The position numbers were made by a program, and so were the translations under genes. The notes beneath the pieces are model-generated. The model saw only the letters and a list, made by a program, of their open reading frames with translations. It was not told the DNA's origin and ran no database searches. A stretch of 29,647 bases of DNA from Candidatus Diapherotrites archaeon CG10_big_fil_rev_8_21_14_0_10_31_34. GTDB taxonomy: Archaea > Iainarchaeota > Iainarchaeia > Iainarchaeales > 1-14-0-10-31-34. The first letter of the stretch is position 1. Every line of letters starts with the position of its first letter. Positions 1-8,525 of the stretch are shown piece after piece. The stretch is taken from contig PFAI01000022.1 in assembly GCA_002763225.1 (NCBI GenBank), forward strand, positions 1 through 29,647. The letters are read 5' to 3'.

Positions 1-38
1 CAATCTGGATTGGAAGAATCGCAGAAAAAGCAAAATGA
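1..38 (+). CDS. 3' end of a gene entering the window (…IWIGRIAEKAK*), possibly a small DUF5654-like membrane protein
   Basis: Frame from nt 3 reads IWIGRIAEKAK to TGA at 36-38, followed by a hairpin and T-tracts; family guess rests on this short tail only. Confidence 0.4.
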   Translation, partial: IWIGRIAEKAK

Positions 39-50
39 AAATAATTTAAC

Positions 51-120
51 CGGCAAATTTTTGCCGCTTTTTCTTATTTTTTTATTCCTTTTTTTTAATT
101 TTTTTCTCCTTTTTTTATTT
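51..120. terminator. Inverted repeat plus oligo-T tracts between convergent genes
   Basis: CGGCAAA-TT-TTTGCCG at 51-66, followed by long T runs. Confidence 0.5.
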
Positions 121-122
121 TA

Positions 123-995
123 TTAGGGCACAACCCTATTTAACTGGAATTCCAAAACATCTGTTGCTCCTGCTTTAATTATTTTTGGAAGAATTTTTGG
201 AACTTCATCTTTGTTTACTGCGACTTTTACTGCATAACCTTGTTCCCCAAAAAGCTCGCTTACAGTAGGGCTTTTCATACAAGGAAGAATTTTTATTAAT
301 CCATCTAATTTTTCTTTTGAAACATTCATTTCAAGCATTACTTTTTGCATTCCAAGCAATGCAGCTTCCAATAACATTTTTATTTCATTTATTTTGTTTT
401 TTTTCCATTTATCTTTCAAAGCTTTTTTGTTTGAAATCATTGTTGTGGTTGATTCAAAAACAATGTCAATTACTCTCAAGTTGTTTGCTTTAAGTGTTGC
501 TCCTGTTTCAGTCAAATCAATTATTGCATCAGCAAAAACAGGGCATTTGACTTCTGTTGCACCCCAGGAAAATTCTGCTTTGGCTTTAACATTGTTTTTT
601 TTGAAATATTTTTTTGTTAAATTCATTAATTCAGTTGAAACAGTTTTTCCCTCTAAATCTTTAACAGTTCTAATTTTGGATTTTTCTGGAACGGCTAAAA
701 CCCATTTAACTTTATTAAAACCTCTTTTTGCATATTCAAATTCTTTTATTTTTTCAACTTTTGCATCAGTTTCTTTGATCCAGTCCAATCCGGTTATTCC
801 TAAATCAATTACTTCATCTTCAACAAACATTGGAATCTCTTGTGGTTTAATTAAAATTACTTCTACTTCTTTATCGCTTGTTATCGGATAATAAGAACGA
901 GAATTAACTGTTATTTCAATTCCTGCTTTCCTGAATAAGTCAACTGTTGTTTTCTGTAAACTGCCTGTAGGCAATCCAATTTTTAGTTTGTTCAT
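123..995 (-). CDS. hisG: ATP phosphoribosyltransferase, long form with C-terminal regulatory domain
   Basis: Motifs IGLPTGSL, DLGITGLDW, SWGATEVK, DAIIDLTETGATLKAN, plus C-terminal SPTVSEL domain. Confidence 0.95.
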   Translation of the reverse strand: MNKLKIGLPTGSLQKTTVDLFRKAGIEITVNSRSYYPITSDKEVEVILIKPQEIPMFVEDEVIDLGITGLDWIKETDAKVEKIKEFEYAKRGFNKVKWVLAVPEKSKIRTVKDLEGKTVSTELMNLTKKYFKKNNVKAKAEFSWGATEVKCPVFADAIIDLTETGATLKANNLRVIDIVFESTTTMISNKKALKDKWKKNKINEIKMLLEAALLGMQKVMLEMNVSKEKLDGLIKILPCMKSPTVSELFGEQGYAVKVAVNKDEVPKILPKIIKAGATDVLEFQLNRVVP

Positions 996-1660
996 TTAAT
1001 TTCCTCCCATGAAATTTTTCCTGAATACAACGCCATTCCTATGATAGGTTTAACCCCAATTCTTTCCAGTTTTCTTGCTTCCTGAATTGAAGTAATTCCG
1101 CCTGCGGCACTTAATTCATTTTTTGTACATTCTTTTAATTTTTTTATTAAATCAAAGTCTGTTCCATTCATTAATCCTTCTTTTTCAACGCAAGTAAAAA
1201 GAAATTCCCCGCAATAAGGTTCTAATTCTTTAATCAATTCAAAAGGAGTTTTGCTTGTTTTTTTCTTCCATCCTTCAACAACCACTTTTCCTTTAAAAGA
1301 ATCAACTGCGACAATAATTTTTTTTCTTGGAACTCTTTCAGTTAATTTTTCAAGAAACTTTTTGTTTGCTTGAGTTCCAATAATGATTTTTTTTGCTCCA
1401 TCATCAATTAATTCAACTGCTTTTTCAATGCTTCTGATTCCTCCGCCAACTCTTGCGTTTACTATTTCAGTTATTTCTTTTACAATTAATTTGTTTTCCC
1501 CTTTATTCATTGCTGCATCCAAATCAATCAACTGCACTTCTTTAAATCCTTTAAATCTTCCGGCGAAATAAAACGGATTATCTATTTCAAAAACTTTATT
1601 TTTTCCTTGTTCTAACTGAACTACTTTTCCTTGAATTAAATCAATGCTTGGAATAATCAT
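992..1660 (-). CDS. hisA: ProFAR isomerase
   Basis: IIPSIDL..GKVVQL, IDLDAA, VGGGIRS, AAGGI; ATGA overlap with hisG. Confidence 0.92.
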   Translation of the reverse strand: MIIPSIDLIQGKVVQLEQGKNKVFEIDNPFYFAGRFKGFKEVQLIDLDAAMNKGENKLIVKEITEIVNARVGGGIRSIEKAVELIDDGAKKIIIGTQANKKFLEKLTERVPRKKIIVAVDSFKGKVVVEGWKKKTSKTPFELIKELEPYCGEFLFTCVEKEGLMNGTDFDLIKKLKECTKNELSAAGGITSIQEARKLERIGVKPIIGMALYSGKISWEEIK

Positions 1661-2436
1661 ATTCTCACCATTATATTTTGTTTTTTCAGATAATCTTTTA
1701 CTTCTTTAACTGAATACTTTCCAAAATGAAAAACGCTTGCACCTAATACTGCGTCAGCTTTTCCTTTTTTTATTGCTTCAGAAAAACTTTCAAGTGTTCC
1801 TGCTCCTCCTGAAGCAATAACAGGAATATTCACTGAATCTGAAATCAATGAAGTTAATTCTAAATCAAATCCTTTTTGTGTGCCGTCTGCATCAATTGAA
1901 GTAAGCAGAATTTCTCCTGCCCCAAGTTTTTCTGCTTGTTTTGCCCAATATAATGCATTTAATCTCTTGTTTTTTCTTCCTCCAAAAACAAAGCATTCAA
2001 ATCTTGTTCTTCCTTTAAATGAATTTTTTTTTGCATCAATTGCAACAACACAAGCCTGTGAACCAAACTCTTTGCTTATTTTTGTTATTAATTCAGGTGA
2101 ATTAATTGCAGCAGAATTAATTGAAACTTTGTCTGCGCCAGCCTTAAACAGTTTTTCTGCATCTTTAATTGTTTTAATTCCTCCCCCAACAGTTAATGGA
2201 ACAAAAACCTGTTCACTTGTTTTTTTGACTACTTCAATCATTGTTTCTCTTTTTTCTGCTGAAGCAGTTATGTCCAAAAAAACTATTTCATCTGCTCCTT
2301 GTTCATAGTATTGTTTAGCCATTTCCCAGGGAACTCCTGCATATTTTGTTTGCCTGAATTTTATTCCTTTAACTACTCTTCCTCCTTTTACTGCTAAATC
2401 GCAGTCCAAACAAACAATAATTCTTTTTGACAGCAT
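1657..2436 (-). CDS. hisF: Imidazole glycerol phosphate synthase cyclase subunit
   Basis: MLSKRIIVCLD, GRVVKG, GADEIVFLDI, VPLTVGGGI, GEILLTSIDADGT; start moved to ATG 2436, matching the family N-terminus. Confidence 0.96.
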   Translation of the reverse strand: MLSKRIIVCLDCDLAVKGGRVVKGIKFRQTKYAGVPWEMAKQYYEQGADEIVFLDITASAEKRETMIEVVKKTSEQVFVPLTVGGGIKTIKDAEKLFKAGADKVSINSAAINSPELITKISKEFGSQACVVAIDAKKNSFKGRTRFECFVFGGRKNKRLNALYWAKQAEKLGAGEILLTSIDADGTQKGFDLELTSLISDSVNIPVIASGGAGTLESFSEAIKKGKADAVLGASVFHFGKYSVKEVKDYLKKQNIMVRI

Positions 2437-2440
2437 TTTT

Positions 2441-3034
2441 TTACAACTCACTAAACCTTTTTAGTATTTTTAGTCCGTTTTCTCCTGATTTTTCCGGGTG
2501 AAATTGAAAAGCAAAAACATTTTCTTTTTCTATTCCTGAAACAAATTCTTCTCCGTTATAACTGCTTGTGCAGGAAATAATTTCTTTTTCTTCTGGAACA
2601 GCATAATAGCTGTTAACAAAATAAAAAAATTCTCCATTTAATCTTTTAAGCAACCTGCTTTTTTTTACTTGAATTTTGTTCCACCCTATTTGTGGGATTT
2701 TTTTTGGTTTTGAAAATCTTTTGTTTTTTCCTTTAAAAACTCCTAAGCCTTTTCCTTTGCTTTCCTCGCTTTCTTCAAATAATGTTTGTAAGCCTAAACA
2801 GATTCCAAGAAAAGGGGTGCCTTGTTTTATTGCCTGAATTAATGCTTTATCCAGTTTTTTTTTCTGAAGCAGTTTTATTGAGGTTCCAAATTCTCCTACT
2901 CCTGGAAAAACTATTTTTTCTGCTTTAAGTATTTCTTTTGGATTATTTGTTACACTAACTTTTTCTCCAAGAAACTGGAGAGAATTTTTCAGGCTTTGGA
3001 TATTTCCTTTTCCATAGTCAACTATTGAAATCAT
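2441..3034 (-). CDS. hisH: Imidazole glycerol phosphate synthase glutaminase subunit
   Basis: MISIVDYGKGN, FPGVG, LGICLG (nucleophile Cys), QFHPEKS; start moved to ATG 3034, 4 nt after the hisB stop. Confidence 0.95.
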   Translation of the reverse strand: MISIVDYGKGNIQSLKNSLQFLGEKVSVTNNPKEILKAEKIVFPGVGEFGTSIKLLQKKKLDKALIQAIKQGTPFLGICLGLQTLFEESEESKGKGLGVFKGKNKRFSKPKKIPQIGWNKIQVKKSRLLKRLNGEFFYFVNSYYAVPEEKEIISCTSSYNGEEFVSGIEKENVFAFQFHPEKSGENGLKILKRFSEL

Positions 3035-3038
3035 TTTT

Positions 3039-3623
3039 TTACAATACTCCTTTTGTTGAAGGCACTCCTTTAACTCTTTCATCTGTTTCTAACGCCATTC
3101 TTACAGCCCTCCCAAAAGCTTTAAACATGGCTTCAATTTTGTGGTGTGTATTTCTGCCTTCTAAAACTTTTATGTAGAGGTTTATTCCTGCATTAAATGC
3201 AACTGCTTCAAAGAAATCCTGAACTAATTCTGTTGGCAAATCCCCAACTATTTCTCTTTCAAATTCTGCTTTAATTACCGGATAACCTCTTCCACTGAAA
3301 TCAACTGCACACAACACCAGACTTTCATCCATTGGAATTAATGCATTGCCATATCTATTGATTCCTTTTTTTTCTTCTAAAGCTTTTTTTAAGGCTTGGC
3401 CTAAACAAATTCCAATGTCTTCAACTGTGTGGTGTTCATCCACTTCAAGATCTCCTTTTGCTTTTAAATTCAAGTCAATTAATGATTGTTTTGAAAACAA
3501 TTCAAGCATGTGGTTTAAGAAACCAATTTTTGAGTCAATTTCATATTGCCCTGTTCCATCAAGATTTATTTCCAGTTCAATTTCTGTTTCATTTGTTTTT
3601 CTTTCAATTCTGGCTTTTCTCAT
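3039..3623 (-). CDS. hisB: Imidazoleglycerol-phosphate dehydratase, monofunctional
   Basis: RKTNET, DEHHTVED, PMDES, NTHHKIEA, PSTKGVL. Confidence 0.97.
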   Translation of the reverse strand: MRKARIERKTNETEIELEINLDGTGQYEIDSKIGFLNHMLELFSKQSLIDLNLKAKGDLEVDEHHTVEDIGICLGQALKKALEEKKGINRYGNALIPMDESLVLCAVDFSGRGYPVIKAEFEREIVGDLPTELVQDFFEAVAFNAGINLYIKVLEGRNTHHKIEAMFKAFGRAVRMALETDERVKGVPSTKGVL

Positions 3624-4686
3624 ATTCGACTTCCTCCAAGATTTTTTTTAATTCTGCAAGAAATAATTTCATTTGATTTTGTGTTCCCACTCCAATTCTG
3701 ATGCATCCTTCAAGCAAAGAGTATCTGCTTCTGTCTCTAACTAAAATGTTTTTTTCTTTTAGTTTTTTTGCAATAATTGAAGCGTTTTCTCCAAACCTTG
3801 CAATAAAAAAGTTTGCTGAAGTAGGAAAAGTCTTTATTTGAATTTTATTGAATTCTTTTAAAGTGAATTCCCTTGCTTTCAGCACTTCTTCAATGTATTT
3901 TTCAGTGTATTCTTTGTCTTTTAATGCAGCTAACACTGCAATTACGCTTAAAGAACTCACGCTATAAGGAGAACTTGATTTCAGCAAAACAGAAATTATT
4001 TCTTTGCAACTTGTCAGAAAAGCAATTCTTAATCCAGCTAATCCTGCTCCTTTACTAAAACTTCTTAAAACAACTAAATTGCTGTATTTGTTGACTAAAT
4101 CAATTACTGTTTCTTTGCAGACATCATAATATGCTTCATCCACCAAAACCAAACAATTGTTTTCTTCTGCTTTTTCGATTATTTTAATTATTGTTTTTCT
4201 TTCAATTTTTGTTCCTGTTGGATTGTTTGGATTGCATAAAATAATCATATTTGTTTCTGGTTTGATTGCATTGAGAATTTCTTTTTCCGGAAAACTCAAA
4301 TCTTTATTGAAAAGAATTTTAGTTATTTTTGCTCCGCGCAATTCTGCATAAAACCTGAACATTGCAAAAGTTGGAACTGCAAGAATAACTTCTTTTCCTT
4401 CTTCTACAAAGCAGTCCATTAAATTTCTTATTCCTTCGTCTCCTGCATTGGTTACAATAATATTTTCTTTTTTTAATCCAACAGATTCAGCAATTTTTTC
4501 TCTTGCTTTATTGTATTCAGGGTAAATACTGAAATCTTCTGCTGTTGCATTTCTTATTGCTTTAATTACTTTTGGTGAAGGTCCTAAAGTATTTTCATTG
4601 AAATCCAGTCTTAATTTTCCTTTCCTGTTTTCTGTCGGCGGATCATATGGCTTTATTTCTTTTACTGCTTTTCTGATTTTAACCAT
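3604..4686 (-). CDS. hisC: Histidinol-phosphate aminotransferase
   Basis: RLDFNEN, CNPNNPTG, VDEAY, RSFSK (PLP lysine), GLAGLR; operon context. Confidence 0.93.
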   Translation of the reverse strand: MVKIRKAVKEIKPYDPPTENRKGKLRLDFNENTLGPSPKVIKAIRNATAEDFSIYPEYNKAREKIAESVGLKKENIIVTNAGDEGIRNLMDCFVEEGKEVILAVPTFAMFRFYAELRGAKITKILFNKDLSFPEKEILNAIKPETNMIILCNPNNPTGTKIERKTIIKIIEKAEENNCLVLVDEAYYDVCKETVIDLVNKYSNLVVLRSFSKGAGLAGLRIAFLTSCKEIISVLLKSSSPYSVSSLSVIAVLAALKDKEYTEKYIEEVLKAREFTLKEFNKIQIKTFPTSANFFIARFGENASIIAKKLKEKNILVRDRSRYSLLEGCIRIGVGTQNQMKLFLAELKKILEEVEYEKSQN

Positions 4687-5420
4687 TTAATTCCCTCCAT
4701 TAAATCTTCAATTTTTTTTATTGAATAATCTCCTAAATTTTCTTTTCCTAAATAAATTGATTTCATTTTTGCTTTTTCTGCTGCTAAAACATCATTAATA
4801 CTGTCTCCGACATAAACTGCTTTTTTTGAGCCAATATTTTTTGCAGCCAAAAACAAGGGTTTTGCATCTGGTTTGCTTTTTTTTGTGTCTTCCCTGCAAA
4901 CTATTTTCTTAAAATCAAAAAAGGCATCTAGTCCATTTAGTTTCAAAGAGTATTCTGCTTCTTTTCTTGGCCTTCCAGTAACAATTCCCAGCTTAAACTC
5001 TTTTTTTAATTCCATAAAAACTTTTTTTGGAATCATTAATTTTTCATTGTTAATCAAACCTTTTTCTTTTGAAACTGGTTTTTTTCCATAAATTGTTTTG
5101 TATAATTTTTCCCCCAGATATTTTGCCTGAAAAACTTTAAACAATTCAATATATTTTTTTCTTTTCCTGTCTTTTTCTGTTACTTTGCAGACTTTTTTCC
5201 TGAATTCTCCTGTTGAAACATTTTTTTCAAGCAGGCATACTAATTCAAAAGTTGCATCCCAGTCATTGTTGAATTCAGGGATTTTTTTTATTGCAGAAAC
5301 TTCTTCTTGTGAAACAGTTTTTCCTAAAAACTCTTTTGATGTCTGTCTTATTGCTTCTCTATAGGATTTTGATACATCGATTATTATTCCATCAATGTCA
5401 AATATTATTGAGTCAATCAT
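4662..5420 (-). CDS. HAD-superfamily hydrolase, probable histidinol-phosphate phosphatase
   Basis: FDIDG motif I, FNNDWD, VTGRP, SKP, YVGDSINDV; lies between hisD and hisC and supplies the only otherwise missing pathway step. Confidence 0.8.
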   Translation of the reverse strand: MIDSIIFDIDGIIIDVSKSYREAIRQTSKEFLGKTVSQEEVSAIKKIPEFNNDWDATFELVCLLEKNVSTGEFRKKVCKVTEKDRKRKKYIELFKVFQAKYLGEKLYKTIYGKKPVSKEKGLINNEKLMIPKKVFMELKKEFKLGIVTGRPRKEAEYSLKLNGLDAFFDFKKIVCREDTKKSKPDAKPLFLAAKNIGSKKAVYVGDSINDVLAAEKAKMKSIYLGKENLGDYSIKKIEDLMEGIKWLKSEKQ

Positions 5421-5441
5421 TTTTTTTCCTCCAAATTTTTT

Positions 5442-6713
5442 TCACTTAAATCTTATTTTAGCTGAGTTTTTGTGTGCAGGCAAACCTTCAATGTCTGCAA
5501 AAACTTCAATTGTTTTTAAAAGATTTTTTAGTCCTTTTTTTGAAATTTTCTGAATGTATTGGGTAACCAAAAAATCTCTTACATTTAATCCAGAAGAAAA
5601 CCTTGCAGTCCTTCCTGTAGGCAATATGTGATTTGTTCCAGAACAATAATCTCCTGCTGCAACAGGGCTGAATTCTCCGACAAAAATTGAGCCAGCACAC
5701 TTTATTTTTTCCAGAGTTTTTTTGTTGTCTTCAAATACAATCAAGTGCTCTGATGCAAGCTCATTTACCACTTCAATTGCCTGATTCCGTGTTTTAGTTA
5801 AAACTATTACTCCGTTTTCTTGCAATGATTTTTTGATTACTTCTTGTGTTTCAAGTTCTTGCATTTGCTTTAATACCTCTTTTTTTGTCTGTAATGCAAG
5901 ATTTTTGTTTGTTGTAACCAAAACTGTTTTAGCTAATTCATCGTGTTCTGCTTGAGCCAAAATCTCTGAAGCAATAAATTTTGAATTACCTTTTCTTGCC
6001 AGAATACAGCATTCGCTTGGCCCTGCAATTGAGTCAATCCCGACTCTTCCAAAAACCATTTTTTTTGCTGTTGCAACAAAAATATTTCCCGGTCCCATAA
6101 TTTTATCTACTTTAGGAATTTTTTTTGTTCCAAAAGCCATTGCTGCAATTGCCTGTGCTCCTCCTATTTTTGCTATTTTGTTCACTTTGCACAAGTCAGC
6201 TGCAACTAAAATAAACGGATTAATGCTTCCATCTTTTCTTGGAGGAGTGCATAAAACTATTTCCTTGCATCCTGCTGTTCTTGCCGGAACTAAATTCATT
6301 AAAACACTTGAAGGATAAGGATATTTCCCTCCCGGAACATAAACCCCTATGTTTTCTATTGGTCTAATAATTTCTCCTATTTTAACCCCTTTTCTTGTTT
6401 CAACAAACCATTTTTTTGGTAATTGTTTTTTACAGCTTTTTTCAAGATTTTTTTTAGCAAACTTTAATGCATTAAGTTCTTTTTTTGAAATTTTTTTGTA
6501 TGCCTCTCTTATTTCTTTTTTTGAAACAAGGATTTCTTTTAGCTTTACTTTATCAAATTTTTCAGTTAATTCTATTATTGCTTTATCTCTTTTTTTTTGA
6601 ACTTCTTTAATAATCTCTTTAACGGTATCTTCAATTCTTTCTGTTTCTTCTTCTTTGTCTTTCATTAAATCTTTTATTTGTTTTATTTCTTTGAATTCAA
6701 TTATTTCCATCAT
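5442..6713 (-). CDS. hisD: Histidinol dehydrogenase
   Basis: GVYVPGG, GGAQAIAAMAFGT, GPGNIFV, AGPSE, QAEHD, EHL, GDYCSGTNHILPT. Confidence 0.97.
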   Translation of the reverse strand: MMEIIEFKEIKQIKDLMKDKEEETERIEDTVKEIIKEVQKKRDKAIIELTEKFDKVKLKEILVSKKEIREAYKKISKKELNALKFAKKNLEKSCKKQLPKKWFVETRKGVKIGEIIRPIENIGVYVPGGKYPYPSSVLMNLVPARTAGCKEIVLCTPPRKDGSINPFILVAADLCKVNKIAKIGGAQAIAAMAFGTKKIPKVDKIMGPGNIFVATAKKMVFGRVGIDSIAGPSECCILARKGNSKFIASEILAQAEHDELAKTVLVTTNKNLALQTKKEVLKQMQELETQEVIKKSLQENGVIVLTKTRNQAIEVVNELASEHLIVFEDNKKTLEKIKCAGSIFVGEFSPVAAGDYCSGTNHILPTGRTARFSSGLNVRDFLVTQYIQKISKKGLKNLLKTIEVFADIEGLPAHKNSAKIRFK

Positions 6714-7021
6714 TTTAACACCTTAAAACAGTTTTTTTTGTTTAAATGACAAGCATTTCCTGTTTGTTCAACTTTAAACAACAAAGTGTCTTTGTCGCAG
6801 TCAACAAAAACTTTCTTTAATTTTTGAGTATTGCCAGAGGTTTCTCCTTTTCTCCAAAGTTTTTTCCTGCTTCTACTGTAATACCATCCTTGACTGGTTT
6901 TCATTGCTTTTTCTAATGATTCTTTAGTTGAATAAGCAAGCATTAACACTTCAGAATTTGTTTCTTCTTGAACAATTGTTGGAATCAATCCATTTCCTTT
7001 GTTCCAATCAATTTTTTTCAT
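6710..7021 (-). CDS. hisI: Phosphoribosyl-AMP cyclohydrolase
   Basis: VLMLAY, YSRSR, LWRKGETSGN, DCDKD, ACH..CF. Confidence 0.95.
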   Translation of the reverse strand: MKKIDWNKGNGLIPTIVQEETNSEVLMLAYSTKESLEKAMKTSQGWYYSRSRKKLWRKGETSGNTQKLKKVFVDCDKDTLLFKVEQTGNACHLNKKNCFKVLK

Positions 7022-7320
7022 TATTTCTCCTCTCCAGTTCCATAAAAACTTCTTTTAGTTTTACTTCTCGTTTTGCAAGCAAAACCATCAAAAAATAGAG
7101 TAAATCAGCTGCTTCCCAGATAACTTCTTTTTTTTCTTTTATTTCTGCTGCTTCAATTAGTTCTTCGCTTTCTTCACTAACTTTTTCTATAAGAAGCAAG
7201 GGATCTTTAAGTAATTTGCATGTAAAAGATTTTTCAGAAAAAGATTGTTTTCTTTTTTCAATGATTTTTTCAAGGGAAAATAAATCAAATTCGTTTTTTG
7301 TGAACTAAATCCCTTCTCAT
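7008..7320 (-). CDS. hisE: Phosphoribosyl-ATP pyrophosphatase; full length (~103 aa) needs a +1 frameshift between 7305 and 7285
   Basis: Open frame 7304-7008 reads FTKNEFDLFSLEKIIEKRKQSFSEKSFTCKLLKDPLLLIEKVSEESEELIEAA…WEAADLLYF…ELERR; an in-frame TAG at 7307-7305 bounds it and no ATG/GTG/TTG precedes the conserved N-terminal helix; ATG 7320 with a GGTG RBS is in another frame. Confidence 0.85.
7285..7320 (-). CDS. 11-aa leader ORF MRRDLVHKKRI overlapping the start of the hisE frame
   Basis: ATG AGA AGG GAT TTA GTT CAC AAA AAA CGA ATT TGA, preceded by TGGTG-TTTTT; GGTG RBS is also seen before rpl35ae and iscU. Confidence 0.6.
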   Translation of the reverse strand: MRRDLVHKKRI

Positions 7321-7376
7321 AAAAACACCAGAAACTATTCTTTCCTCTGAATAAATAAAATCAGCGATGAACTAAA

Positions 7377-7427
7377 CCACTTAGTGGGAATAATGTGGGA
7401 ATCATATACTGATAGAGTTGGGTAATC
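7377..7427. promoter_or_regulatory. Candidate operator upstream of the his operon
   Basis: GTGGGAAT at 7384-7391 and 7395-7402 (11-bp period), variant GTTGGGTAAT at 7417-7426, palindrome CCACT-T-AGTGG at 7377-7387. Confidence 0.5.
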
Positions 7428-7430
7428 TTT

Positions 7431-7817
7431 TTAAACCTTTGCAAATGTTGCTTTCAAAATCAGTTTTTCTTTTTCTAAATCTTTTTTCACTTTCGCTAAG
7501 TTTACTTTACTAAAATCTGCTACTACACTCCATAAAGCTTCTTTCCCTCTTTTTGTGCTTCTTGATTCAGTAAAAACCAAATCTACTTTGTTTTTCCTTA
7601 AAACTTCTGCTGCTTTTGCTAATGAACCAGGGTTGTCACTCAAAAAAATATGCATTTTTTTTACTTTTCTTTCCAGTGGGAACAATATTATTCTTTCGTT
7701 TTCTTTGTCTAATTCTGCAATGATTTTTTCTCCTTTTTTTATTCCTAATGATTCTCTGAATGAGTTTGGAATGACTATTCTCCCTTTTGAATCAATTTTT
7801 GAGTTTTGTGTATTCAT
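7431..7817 (-). CDS. AbrB/MazE/MraZ-type DNA-binding domain fused to an ACT domain
   Basis: N-terminal KIDSKGRIVIP..FRESLGI..GE; C-terminal LSDNPGSLAKAAEVLRKNKVDL (ACT signature DxPGxLA..NI-like). Confidence 0.85.
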   Translation of the reverse strand: MNTQNSKIDSKGRIVIPNSFRESLGIKKGEKIIAELDKENERIILFPLERKVKKMHIFLSDNPGSLAKAAEVLRKNKVDLVFTESRSTKRGKEALWSVVADFSKVNLAKVKKDLEKEKLILKATFAKV

Positions 7818-7883
7818 GCATTAATTACTGCTTTTCACTTATTTAATGTTAGTGTTAAATACTTGTCTGGTTTTATTTAATTC

Positions 7884-8507
7884 ATGAAAAACTGGGTTTG
7901 TTTTATTTTGTTATTACTGTTTGTTTTTTCTTTTGGTTGTCCTGAAGAAAAAAAAGAAACAAATAATAATTTAGTTGATTTGAATTCAGCTTCTGTTCAG
8001 CATGGTCCTCCAGAAGAATTTGAGTATTTGGATTACACTAATTATAATGTTTTTGAAATGGAAAAAAATATTCATTCTTTAATTAATGATGAAAGAACCA
8101 AATTAGGTTTAAACACACTTGAATTTGACGAGCATTTGGCTTTGATTGCAAGAAAGCACTCTAAAGACATGGCAGACAAAAATTATTTTTCTCATTTTGA
8201 TTTACCGGGAAATGATTTTAGTTATCGTTATGAACAATCAAATTATGATTGTAAAATTGTGGTTGGAAATCTAATTCATTTGGGTGCAGAAAATTTATTT
8301 AAATACAATATAGCTAAACTGGTGTATACTTCCGGCGGGGTAGCTGAATATAATTCTCAGGCAGAATTAGAAGTAGCGGCAGTTGAAGGCTGGATGAATT
8401 CTCCTGGTCATAGAGAAAACATTGAAAAAGAATTCTGGCTAAAAGAAGGAATCGGAGTCTATATTGACGAAGAAGGAGATGTTTTGGTTACTGAAAACTT
8501 TTGCTGA
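7884..8507 (+). CDS. CAP/SCP-domain secreted protein, probable lipoprotein
   Basis: Signal peptide ending FSFGC; INDER..GL, ARKHSKDM..YFSH, GAENL, WMNSPGHRENI. Confidence 0.9.
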   Translation: MKNWVCFILLLLFVFSFGCPEEKKETNNNLVDLNSASVQHGPPEEFEYLDYTNYNVFEMEKNIHSLINDERTKLGLNTLEFDEHLALIARKHSKDMADKNYFSHFDLPGNDFSYRYEQSNYDCKIVVGNLIHLGAENLFKYNIAKLVYTSGGVAEYNSQAELEVAAVEGWMNSPGHRENIEKEFWLKEGIGVYIDEEGDVLVTENFC

Positions 8508-8525
8508 ATGAATTTTTTTGTTTTC

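Noticed and set aside
7008..7199. 63-aa HisE starting at TTG 7199
   Set aside because: Omits the conserved LExII..RK…S(Y/F)T.KL N-terminus that is present in frame upstream, and has no RBS
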